19,523 bases of DNA from positions 1-19,523 of the forward strand of contig JALUEE010000011.1 of assembly GCA_027053075.1 (NCBI GenBank). The letters run 5' to 3'. Position numbers and translations under genes: made by a program. A model generated the notes under the pieces. The model saw only the letters and a list, made by a program, of their open reading frames with translations. It searched no databases and was not told the origin of the DNA. Below, piece after piece: positions 1 to 7,769 of this stretch (positions are counted from its first letter, which is position 1; each line of letters begins with the position of its first letter). The stretch comes from a candidate division WOR-3 bacterium. Lineage in GTDB: Bacteria; Hydrothermota; Hydrothermia; B15-G9; WFZT01.

Positions 1-30
1 TTTATGCTGGTTTGTGTTATAATCAGTCAT
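1..30 (-). CDS. 5' end of a gene (MTDYNTNQHK...), probably the IS256-family transposase; truncated by the window
   Basis: Strong SD AAGGAGG 7 nt before ATG at 30 on the minus strand, with an open frame to the window edge. Only 10 codons are visible, so the product is inferred from the adjacent IR. Confidence 0.45.
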   Translation of the reverse strand, partial: MTDYNTNQHK

Positions 31-126
31 AGTAGAACCTCCTTATGATGTAATTTTTGCCCCCAGGTCCTACGGACCTGGGGGAGTATTATATTGTACT
101 CCTTACACAAAATTATTCTAACACCC
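1..126 (-). mobile_element. Left end of a probable IS256-family insertion sequence (runs off the window start)
   Basis: Minus strand 126->101 reads GGGTGTTAGAATAATTTTGTGTAAGG, resembling IS256-family terminal IRs (GG...TTGTGTAA). It is followed by a TATAAT (93-88), a hairpin (60-84), and AAGGAGG plus ATG at 30. The other end is not visible. Confidence 0.6.
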
Positions 127-428
127 GTCGTTTCCGAGGGGATATGGGTACAGGGTGATATGGGAGAGGATGCTAATGGCGATGGGGCCATAGGAGGAGT
201 TGGGATTGAGAATGAAACGTGTGACACATATCGATTGGTTCTACTACAAAGAAGATGGGATAGGTATACAAAAGGAAAGGAGAGATCAGGGAGATGAGTG
301 GATAGAAATAGTCAAGAAACAGCAGTGAGCCAGTGGAGTTGGTAGAGAGGGTGTGGAGATAAGCATCAGGATGGCCTGATCGAGACCAAAATTTTCCTTA
401 GCTGAGGATTTGGGAGACTACAGAAAAA

Positions 429-458
429 TTGACAGGACGCAAGAAAGATTGATATAAT
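429..458 (+). promoter_or_regulatory. Sigma70-type promoter for nuoA-C-E
   Basis: TTGACA (429-434), 18-bp spacer, TATAAT (453-458). The ATG is 9 nt downstream and there is no SD. Confidence 0.7.
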
Positions 459-467
459 TCAGACACT

Positions 468-824
468 ATGCTTGACCAATATTTACCAATTATTCTGATG
501 CTTATTGCGGGAATAAGTGTTGCCGTAGGTATTATTATCTTATCTGCTATATTTGGCCCCAAATCCAGAAATCAGGCAAAAGACGAGCCCTATGAGTGCG
601 GTATCAGGACAGAAGGGTTGAAACCCGGCAGATATTCGGTGAGATTTTTTATTGTGGCTCTCTTATTCCTTCTCTTCGATGTTGAGGTCGCTTTTTTATT
701 CCCATGGGCCGTTATAGTGAAAAAACTTGCCCTTCTCGGACTCATTGAGGTCGGCTTTTTTATCGTTATTCTTTTCATAGGTCTTCTTTACGTCTGGTTT
801 AAGGGTGGACTTCAACTGGAGTGA
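468..824 (+). CDS. nuoA: NADH-quinone oxidoreductase subunit A
   Basis: 118 aa with 3 TM helices. Hallmark motifs K..PYECG, RFFIVALLFLLFDVEVAFLFPWA and C-terminal YVWFKGGL. Confidence 0.95.
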   Translation: MLDQYLPIILMLIAGISVAVGIIILSAIFGPKSRNQAKDEPYECGIRTEGLKPGRYSVRFFIVALLFLLFDVEVAFLFPWAVIVKKLALLGLIEVGFFIVILFIGLLYVWFKGGLQLE

Positions 825-830
825 CGGATA

Positions 831-1292
831 ATGCTTGATTTAGAAAGAATTAAAAAGGACTTTGCAGAGGATATTTTAGAAATCAAAGAATTCCGCGGGG
901 ACGTTACCATCACGGTTAAAAAAGAGAAAAATATCGAATTTCTGACCTATCTGCGCAAAGAATTTTCATTTGATTTCCTCGTTGATGTAACCGCTGAGGA
1001 CTGGTATCCAAAAAATCCCAGATTTGAAGTGGTTTACAATCTTTATTCTCTGAGTTCACATGAAAGGCTTCGTGTGAAAGTGCCTGTTGAAGACGGAGAG
1101 AAAGTGCGCTCGGTCACACAGCTCTGGAAAGGCGCAGGTTGGCTCGAGAGAGAAGTTTATGACATGTTTGGGATCGAATTTGAGGGCCATCCTGATTTGA
1201 GAAGGATTCTGCTCTGGGACGATTTCCCGGGACACCCTTTGAGAAAGGATTTCCCGCTCAGAGCAGATGTTGAACTTCCGGGACCATATTGA
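831..1292 (+). CDS. nuoC: NADH-quinone oxidoreductase subunit C
   Basis: Motifs RFEVVYNLYS and W.EREVYDMFGIEFEGHPDLRRILL...GHPLRKDFP (Complex1_30kDa family). Confidence 0.95.
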   Translation: MLDLERIKKDFAEDILEIKEFRGDVTITVKKEKNIEFLTYLRKEFSFDFLVDVTAEDWYPKNPRFEVVYNLYSLSSHERLRVKVPVEDGEKVRSVTQLWKGAGWLEREVYDMFGIEFEGHPDLRRILLWDDFPGHPLRKDFPLRADVELPGPY

Positions 1293-1294
1293 TC

Positions 1295-1774
1295 ATGGAA
1301 CTGCGCAAAGAGATTGAAGATATAAAAAATCAGTTTAAAAAAGGTGAGTCGGCGATAATTCCTGCTCTTCATAAAGTGGTTGAAAAATATGGCTATGTTA
1401 GTGAAGAGGGTGCAAAAGTTGTTGCAGATGTTCTTGACATCTCCCTTGATCACGTGATTTCGGTTGCTACCTTTTACCAGTTTTTCAAGTTAAAACCAGT
1501 TGGTAAATACCACTTCCAGATTTGCACAGGGCTTACATGTATGATCAATGGTGCCCTTGATCTTGTTCACTTTTTCAATAAAGAGCTCGGAGTCAGAGAA
1601 AACGAGGTGACAGGAGACGGTTTGTTCTCTTACGAAATTGTCCAGTGCATTGGGTGTGGTGATAAGGCTCCAGCGGTACTGATGAACGACCAGAGGATCG
1701 AGGGCTTGAAGGTTGCCCGCCTGAAAAAGATGATAGAGGAATTCAGGTCAAAAGAAGGCAAGGAGCCTTCTTGA
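1295..1774 (+). CDS. nuoE: NADH-quinone oxidoreductase subunit E / thioredoxin-like [2Fe-2S] protein
   Basis: IIPALH..GYV, VATFY..F...PVGKY, CTGLTC (CX4C), DGLFS...CIGCGDKAP. ATG at 1295; an alternative TTG at 1289 overlaps the nuoC stop. Confidence 0.88.
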   Translation: MELRKEIEDIKNQFKKGESAIIPALHKVVEKYGYVSEEGAKVVADVLDISLDHVISVATFYQFFKLKPVGKYHFQICTGLTCMINGALDLVHFFNKELGVRENEVTGDGLFSYEIVQCIGCGDKAPAVLMNDQRIEGLKVARLKKMIEEFRSKEGKEPS

Positions 1775-1799
1775 CATTATTTGTTCAGAAAATTATACT
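1771..1799 (+). promoter_or_regulatory. Sigma70-type promoter for tRNA-Leu/meaB
   Basis: TTGACA (1771-1776, overlapping the nuoE stop), 17-bp spacer, TATACT (1794-1799), 12 nt before the tRNA. Confidence 0.8.
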
Positions 1800-1811
1800 A
1801 AACTCCGATTT

Positions 1812-1896
1812 GCCGGGGTGGCGGAATAGGCAGACGCGCATGGTTGAGGGCCATGTGGGAGCTAATCCCGTGCGGGTTCAAGTCCCGCCCCCGGCA
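1812..1896 (+). tRNA. tRNA-Leu (anticodon GAG)
   Basis: Acceptor stem GCCGGGG/CCCCGGC, D-loop GGAATAGGCAGAC, anticodon arm CATGG-TTGAGGG-CCATG, long variable arm, T-arm GCGGG-TTCAAGT-CCCGC, discriminator A. CCA is not encoded. Confidence 0.96.
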
Positions 1897-1906
1897 CTCT
1901 TTTTTT

Positions 1907-2851
1907 ATGCGCGAGATTGACACCCTCCTTGAAAAATTCCAGCAGGGAAACGTAAGGGCACTATCAAGACTCATAAGCTATGTAGAAAATGATCCTCAGG
2001 CAAGAGATTATATACTCTCGAAAGTTTTTAAAAACGTAGGACAGGGATACAGGGTTGGAATTACCGGTCCTCCTGGAGCTGGTAAAAGCACTATTGTGGA
2101 CAGTCTCGCATCCAAACTCCATGACATGGGCAAAAAGGTATCCATAATTGCGGTTGACCCTTCATCTCCATTCACAGGTGGCGCTCTGCTTGGCGATCGC
2201 TACAGGATGTATGAATCCATGAAGCGAGGGATTTTCATTAGAAGCCTTGCATCAAGGGGTAGCCTTGGTGGACTCTCTGAATCTACCATAGCAGTGGCAG
2301 ACCTTCTGGATGCATTCGGGTCAGAAATAATTTTAATAGAAACTGTTGGAGTAGGGCAGTCAGAGTTAGATATCATGAACGCTTCGGACACCGTGGTGGT
2401 TACCCTTGTCCCTGAGTCCGGTGATTCTATTCAGGCCATGAAGGCCGGTTTGATGGAAATTGCTGATATTTTTGTCATTAACAAATTTGACCGTGAGGGG
2501 GCAAAGAAGTTTGAAATGGAGTTACGAACCGTGCTCTCCATGTCCAATAACAGGAAAAAGGATTGGAAACCGCCTGTAGTGAGAACAATTGCCACGAAAG
2601 GCGAGGGGATAGAAGAACTTATTGATGCGATTTATAAGCACTTTGAATACCTGAAAGACAGAGGGATTTTACAGGCAAAGAGAAAGGAGCGGGTAAGGAG
2701 AGAGATTACGGAGTCTATCAAAGAGAAGCTCTGGAATAAGTATTTCTTATCGAGCAAATGGAAAGACAATATTGATCAATGCGTCGAGAAGGTTATCTCA
2801 GGTGAGGAAACTCCTTATTCAGTGGTTGAGAAGATTATAAAAGAAATTTAG
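1907..2851 (+). CDS. meaB: Methylmalonyl-CoA mutase-associated GTPase MeaB (ArgK family)
   Basis: GITGPPGAGKST, AVDPSSPFTGGALLGDR.RM, FIRSLASRGSLGGLS, IETVGVGQSE, GDSIQAMKAGLMEIADIFVINK. The start is moved to ATG 1907 because the track start (1844) lies inside the tRNA. Confidence 0.95.
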   Translation: MREIDTLLEKFQQGNVRALSRLISYVENDPQARDYILSKVFKNVGQGYRVGITGPPGAGKSTIVDSLASKLHDMGKKVSIIAVDPSSPFTGGALLGDRYRMYESMKRGIFIRSLASRGSLGGLSESTIAVADLLDAFGSEIILIETVGVGQSELDIMNASDTVVVTLVPESGDSIQAMKAGLMEIADIFVINKFDREGAKKFEMELRTVLSMSNNRKKDWKPPVVRTIATKGEGIEELIDAIYKHFEYLKDRGILQAKRKERVRREITESIKEKLWNKYFLSSKWKDNIDQCVEKVISGEETPYSVVEKIIKEI

Positions 2852-2857
2852 AAAATG

Positions 2858-2888
2858 AGTGGGGCCCTCACGAAGTGAGGGCCCCACT
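2858..2888. terminator. Perfect 14-bp hairpin between convergent genes; probable bidirectional terminator
   Basis: AGTGGGGCCCTCAC-GAA-GTGAGGGCCCCACT lies between the meaB stop (2851) and the lipoprotein stop (2912). Confidence 0.7.
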
Positions 2889-2911
2889 ATTCATTGAACC
2901 AAAATTTACTT

Positions 2912-3727
2912 TCAGAATGAACCGAGAATCGAAGTTGCCCCACTTCCAAAAGATACGAGGTCAGCAGTGAAAGCAACCTTTCCATCTTCATCTCTTATCA
3001 CATACCTTACAACACCACCAGGAACTCCATTGTCAATCCACCATTCAATAGAACCTTTTCCATTCAAAGAGCCGTATTTCACATGCTTTGCTCTGAATGT
3101 ACCTGCTGGCACCTTTACAACTTCCACACCAACAGTCGCTCCTTCAATGGATTCTTTTGTAAGTTTCACGGGTTTCATCACATAGCTCCCCTGTGTAACC
3201 GGTAGCTCCTGGGCCGGTTTATCGTCCCATTTACCCCTGAGTCTTTTCAGCTCACCCATTCCGCTTGAAAACAGGGCCTCATAGATTAGAGGTTTTTCTT
3301 CAGGGTCTTTGGGTATATATGAAACTCTCCACCACTCGTTTCCATCAGGCAGCTTTTTAAGAAAGGCAATTTCTACAGTGTAAGCCTTTCCGTTGTCGGT
3401 TGTAACCAGGAATTTTACCCACTCTCCAGGCTTAAAATCCTTACTCCAGATCCAGTAACCTCCAACACCAAGGGTGTAGGAAAATACTACTGGAGCCATC
3501 TGTGCAAGCATCATCCCACCACCCATCACAGGTGCACCCATTGCGGGAGGAGGAGTCTGTGGTTGCTGAGTTTGCTGTGGTTTAGGAGCTGGTTTTGAAC
3601 CGAATTGCGGTTTTATAACGATCTGTGGTCCGGTAGGCTTTATAACCACGGGCACGACCTTTTTCTTTACACAACCAGTGGATAGCACAAGTGCTAATAC
3701 ACCGATTGTCAATACTACCTTTTTCAT
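2912..3727 (-). CDS. Hypothetical lipoprotein
   Basis: SD AAGGAGG; signal peptide MKK + hydrophobic core + lipobox LSTG-C; Pro/Gln-rich linker; beta-rich C-terminal domain with a VKVPAGTF motif. Confidence 0.8.
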   Translation of the reverse strand: MKKVVLTIGVLALVLSTGCVKKKVVPVVIKPTGPQIVIKPQFGSKPAPKPQQTQQPQTPPPAMGAPVMGGGMMLAQMAPVVFSYTLGVGGYWIWSKDFKPGEWVKFLVTTDNGKAYTVEIAFLKKLPDGNEWWRVSYIPKDPEEKPLIYEALFSSGMGELKRLRGKWDDKPAQELPVTQGSYVMKPVKLTKESIEGATVGVEVVKVPAGTFRAKHVKYGSLNGKGSIEWWIDNGVPGGVVRYVIRDEDGKVAFTADLVSFGSGATSILGSF

Positions 3728-3974
3728 ACTTTACCTCCTTTGTGTGGGAATTATAACGGGCGGGATATGAACGAAAAAGTTGAGAAACTGAACTCAAGAG
3801 ACAAAACCTGAGGCAAAGTCATGCTCCATTCCTTAATCCACCTATTGCTCACGTAGGGAACATTGGAAATTATGGAAATTAGCCTCCCGCGCGAAGCGCG
3901 GGGCATCCGCTCGAAATCCTTAAACTTCGAGAAGAAAGCCTTCTCCCCCTTCCCGCAGAGAAAGTGATCGATTG

Positions 3975-4310
3975 ATTTAAGATGTTGCCCCTCACCTCAA
4001 TCCTCTCCCCGCAACATAATTATGCGGGGATAGGAAGTTTTTGTTTAGATGCAAGGTTAAATGATTTGATATTCGATCTAAGTCCGAAGGCCAAGTGAAT
4101 TGTCATAGAAAACACACGGAAGAACTTTTCTAACAAGCGATGCTTGTGATACCCCGATGCAACGGAAATCTTTCCCTCCCCCACAGGCTTTGCCTGTGGG
4201 GGAGGGAACTAAAGGGAGGGGGCCTTCTGCTTAAAATCTATAAAAATTTAGGATGTAAACCTTTCACCCCATCTCTCTCACACAAAGCGGGTAATGGAGA
4301 AGTTAGGGGA
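3975..4310. repeat. Composite REP-like hairpin element, copy A (~330 bp)
   Basis: Three CCCTC-type hairpin modules plus linkers, collinear with the reverse complement of 17925-18260 (e.g. TCCGAAGGCCAAGTGAATTGTCA vs TCCGTAGGCTAAGTTAATTGTCA; TTCTAACAAGCGA; GCTTAAAATCT). Confidence 0.8.
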
Positions 4311-4335
4311 GAATGGGCATCGGAGACAATGGTTT

Positions 4336-4383
4336 AAAAAAGTGGAGGGGCACGAAGTGCGAAAGCACTTCGTGCCCCTCCAC
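4336..4383 (-). terminator. Rho-independent terminator of the clpB-like gene
   Basis: Perfect 19-bp stem (4342-4360/4365-4383) with a 4-nt loop, followed on the minus strand by TTTTTT, 22 nt after the stop. Confidence 0.85.
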
Positions 4384-4405
4384 CAGCACATAGCTCAACA
4401 TATTC

Positions 4406-7400
4406 TTACTTCTTCAAAAACTTCACCTCATCACCTTCGACATCCACAGTCACCTTATCGCCTTCTTTAATCTCACCGCTCAAAATGGCCTCCGAAAGCC
4501 TGTTCTCGATCTCCTTCTGAATGACTCTCCTCAAAGGTCTTGCTCCCATAAGAGGATTGAATCCCTTACGAGCGATAAACTCTTTTGCCTTCTCGGAGAG
4601 CTCCAGCTTGATGTTTTTCTCCTCTGCGAGTCTCCTTGCGAGCCTTTCAAAGAGTATGTCCACGATTTTGAGCACATGATCCCATTTGAGAGGATGGAAG
4701 ACCACGATTTCATCAATTCTATTCAGGAACTCAGGCCTGAATGCATGGTTAACGACGTCCAATACCTTCTGCTTGGCAATTTCAAATTCCCTGTCAAACT
4801 CCTCTTCTAACTTCTTTCTCTCCTGCTCGAGCTTTTCCTTCTCTTTTTTGTATTCTTCCTCGGGAATCTGCTTCTTCGCCAGTCTCTCTTCGAGTTCGCG
4901 GGCCTTCTCACTCAGTGCCTCAAATCTCGGATTGAACCTCTCCATCAGCTCTCTCAGATACTCGGCACCGAGGTTAGAGGTCATTATTATGACCGTATTT
5001 CTGAAGGAAACTGTTCTGCCCTGAGAATCCGTGAGCCTTCCATCATCCAGCACCTGCAGGAAGAGGTCAAACACCCTTGGATGCGCCTTCTCTATCTCAT
5101 CAAGAAGAATCACCGAATAAGGTTTTCTCCTGACAGCCTCGGTGAGTTTACCGCCCTCTCTGTAGCCAACATAACCGGGAGGTGCACCGATTAATTTTGC
5201 CACAGAGTGCTCTTCTTTGAACTCAGACATGTCTAGCCTGATGAGGGCATCCTCGTCGCCAAAGAGGAATTCCGCAAGTGTTTTGGCAAGCTCAGTTTTT
5301 CCGACTCCAGTTGGTCCAAGGAATAGGAACGAGCCAAGAGGTTTTCTTGGATCAGAGATGCCTGCCCTTGCCCTTCTCACCGCTTCAGAGACAACCTTTA
5401 TAGCTTCATCCTGTCCCACAACACGTTTGTGCAAATAATCTTCCATCTTGAGAAGTTTCTCGCGCTCCTCCTGAAGCATCTTGGAAACCGGAATCTTTGT
5501 CCATTCGGAGACAACCTCTGCAACATCCTCGTCCACAATTCTTATCTTCTCTTTGGACTCTGATTTCTTCTGTTTTGCCTTAAGAAGTGCCTTTTTGGCC
5601 TCTTTGAGCTCGTCAGAAAGTTTTTCAAACTCGTCAATGTTCCCTTTCTCTTCGGCCTCTTTTACCTTCTCCTCAAGTTCCTTAACCTTTTTTTCCAATT
5701 CTTCAACACTTGCACTTTCCTCCACTGTCACCTTCTTCTTAAGCTCTTCCAGCTCTTTTTTGAGCCTTTTGATCTCGTTTTCGTAATCCTTCTTTCTTTG
5801 AGGGTCTTCCTCGGATTTCAAAAGCTCCTCGTATTCTTTAATTTTGCCTTCAAGCTCTTTTACGCGAATGGATGGTGAGGCTGCTTTTAAGGCCTTTTTA
5901 GATGCAGCCTGGTCAATAGCGTCAATGGCCTTGTCTGGAAGGTGTCTATCCTGAACATACCTGTGCGTGAGTTTGACAGCAGCCTCTAATGCAGAATCAT
6001 CAATTTTAGCTCCATGATGCGCCTCATATTTGGGCCTCAAACCTTTGAGTATTTCGACTGTGGTCTCGGGACTCGGCTCTTCGATCCAGATGGGCTGGAA
6101 CCTTCTCTCGAGCGCGGAATCTTTTTCAATGTACTTCCTGTACTCATCAGGAGTTGTGGCACCGATGACCTGGAATTCACCACGAGCGAGAGCCGGTTTT
6201 AGAAGATTCGCTGCGTCCATTGAGCCTTCGGCACGTCCTGCGCCAACGACGTTGTGAATCTCGTCAATGAAGAGAATTACATCACCTGCATTTTTAACTT
6301 CTTCGAGAATGGACTTGAGTCTCTCTTCAAATTCCCCACGATACTTTGTGCCTGCAACAAGAGCACCCATGTCAAGCGAAAGAATCCTCTTGTTCTTGAG
6401 TTTATCTGGAACTTCACCTTTCGCAATCTTCTGTGCAAGTCCTTCGACAATTGCCGTTTTACCTACACCAGCTTCTCCCACGAGAACGGGATTGTTTTTC
6501 TGTCTACGGGTCAAAACTTCTATGACCTGCTGAATTTCTCTATCTCTCCCGATGACCGGATCAAGCTTTCCTTCACGGGCCATCTGGGTTAAATCAACTG
6601 TAAATCTTTCAAGTGCCGATCTTTCTTCTTCTTTGAGTTCTTCTTTAATTTCTCCCATAGGAGCGCCCTCCCCTTTGATATTTTTTAATGTTTGTAGTAT
6701 CTGACTAAAGTAAAGACCACCGATGGTATCGGTTGCCTTCTGTAAGGACTCAACGATCTCGGTAATACCGATTTCGCCGTCTTTGGCAATTTTTCCAGCA
6801 TTTTCAAGTACACGATCGAGGAAGTAAGAGTTCTCAATTTCGTATTTCCGATCAGTGAATTTCGAAGCAAGCAGACGAATTACTCTTCTGGGGTCTATGC
6901 CGTTTTTCTGCAATTGTGTCAATGAGTTCCTAAGTTTGTCTTCAAAATCGATAAGGTCGTAGGTAAGATTATCAATCTCGTCATCTTTCAGACCACGTGC
7001 ACGAAGGATGCTTCTTAGACCTTCGACGAACTTCCTTGGAACCTTAACAACCTCTTCCTGAAGTACCCAGTGGTCACGGCCGCCTCTGAAGCCAAATTCC
7101 TCAGGGAAGAATTCCGAGAGAATATCGGAGCCGAAAAACTCCTCGAAGAGGCTTCTGGGTCTTGAGCGTTTCACCCATCTTTTGACGTGCACCGAGGCAT
7201 AGTCGCGGTAGCGTTCACCTTTGAGCTCACTGGTGAAGAATTCGTCGAGGTGGTCAAGAAGTACGCGGAAAACGTCTTTTGAAAGACCACGGGAATATCC
7301 ATTCTCGATGTCGCGAGACTTTGTTTCAATGGCAGAAGAGTATGACTCGATCATGCCATTTAACTGCTGGTAGAAGTTCTTAAGCGCGTTATCAACCTCC

Positions 7401-7579
7401 CTTTTGACTGCCTCAGGGGCAACCCCGCGCTTTTCAATCCACTTGATAAATGGATTACCATCTTTAAGCGTAAAAAAGGCGTTTAAAAGATGGTCTGTGT
7501 CAACCAAAAGCTCACCCCTCTGGGAAGCAAGCCTTTTTGCTTCATCTAAGAGATTTTGAGCATTTTTTTTCATTTTCAT
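4406..7579 (-). CDS. clpB: ClpB-like Hsp100 AAA+ chaperone with extended N-domain and coiled-coil inserts
   Basis: NBD1: [39 protein letters not shown]2: [55 protein letters not shown]. Coiled-coil M-domain and no IGF/LGF loop. GGAGG spacing favours ATG 7579 over 7585. The ClpB versus ClpC/ClpG label is uncertain. Confidence 0.85.
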   Translation of the reverse strand: MKMKKNAQNLLDEAKRLASQRGELLVDTDHLLNAFFTLKDGNPFIKWIEKRGVAPEAVKREVDNALKNFYQQLNGMIESYSSAIETKSRDIENGYSRGLSKDVFRVLLDHLDEFFTSELKGERYRDYASVHVKRWVKRSRPRSLFEEFFGSDILSEFFPEEFGFRGGRDHWVLQEEVVKVPRKFVEGLRSILRARGLKDDEIDNLTYDLIDFEDKLRNSLTQLQKNGIDPRRVIRLLASKFTDRKYEIENSYFLDRVLENAGKIAKDGEIGITEIVESLQKATDTIGGLYFSQILQTLKNIKGEGAPMGEIKEELKEEERSALERFTVDLTQMAREGKLDPVIGRDREIQQVIEVLTRRQKNNPVLVGEAGVGKTAIVEGLAQKIAKGEVPDKLKNKRILSLDMGALVAGTKYRGEFEERLKSILEEVKNAGDVILFIDEIHNVVGAGRAEGSMDAANLLKPALARGEFQVIGATTPDEYRKYIEKDSALERRFQPIWIEEPSPETTVEILKGLRPKYEAHHGAKIDDSALEAAVKLTHRYVQDRHLPDKAIDAIDQAASKKALKAASPSIRVKELEGKIKEYEELLKSEEDPQRKKDYENEIKRLKKELEELKKKVTVEESASVEELEKKVKELEEKVKEAEEKGNIDEFEKLSDELKEAKKALLKAKQKKSESKEKIRIVDEDVAEVVSEWTKIPVSKMLQEEREKLLKMEDYLHKRVVGQDEAIKVVSEAVRRARAGISDPRKPLGSFLFLGPTGVGKTELAKTLAEFLFGDEDALIRLDMSEFKEEHSVAKLIGAPPGYVGYREGGKLTEAVRRKPYSVILLDEIEKAHPRVFDLFLQVLDDGRLTDSQGRTVSFRNTVIIMTSNLGAEYLRELMERFNPRFEALSEKARELEERLAKKQIPEEEYKKEKEKLEQERKKLEEEFDREFEIAKQKVLDVVNHAFRPEFLNRIDEIVVFHPLKWDHVLKIVDILFERLARRLAEEKNIKLELSEKAKEFIARKGFNPLMGARPLRRVIQKEIENRLSEAILSGEIKEGDKVTVDVEGDEVKFLKK

Positions 7580-7617
7580 ACACATCCCTCCTATTCAGAT
7601 TTTTTTAGTGGATTGTT

Positions 7618-7646
7618 ATAATAATTTTTCACCTAACTTCTGTCAA
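7618..7646 (-). promoter_or_regulatory. Sigma70-type promoter of the clpB-like gene
   Basis: Minus strand TTGACA (7646-7641), 17-bp spacer, TATTAT (7623-7618). Confidence 0.65.
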
Positions 7647-7769
7647 GGTTAATTGAAAATTTGTTTGAAAATGTCACACCTTTTTAACCTTCCGTGTGCC
7701 ATGGAGAAAAGCGATATTAAGAATTAAGTAATTCAAAAACCCTCCAGGTTGTCCATATTAAATAGAGAA

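Noticed and set aside
27..297. ORFs 27-227 (-) and 94-297 (+)
   Set aside because: They span the IS terminal repeat and hairpin and show no protein-family features.
1812..1896. tRNA-Leu as the integration site of a genomic island
   Set aside because: No integrase gene and no duplicated tRNA 3' end is seen in the window, and the downstream gene is housekeeping.
1844..1906. N-terminal extension of meaB in the ORF track (MRAMWELIPCGFKSRPRHSFF)
   Set aside because: It is the tRNA-Leu sequence read in frame. MeaB similarity starts at MREID (1907).
4140..4337. 65-aa ORF in the intergenic region
   Set aside because: It lies within the composite hairpin repeat, with no SD or recognisable protein motif.
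4531..6870. Multiple short ORFs antisense or out of frame within the clpB-like gene
   Set aside because: Shadow ORFs of a strongly conserved gene, Ser/Phe-rich from the complement of E/K codons, with no SD or motifs.
7586..7720. CIRCE (HrcA) or CtsR heat-shock operator upstream of the clpB-like gene
   Set aside because: No TTAGCACTC-N9-GAGTGCTAA and no clear tandem GGTCAAA heptads were found.
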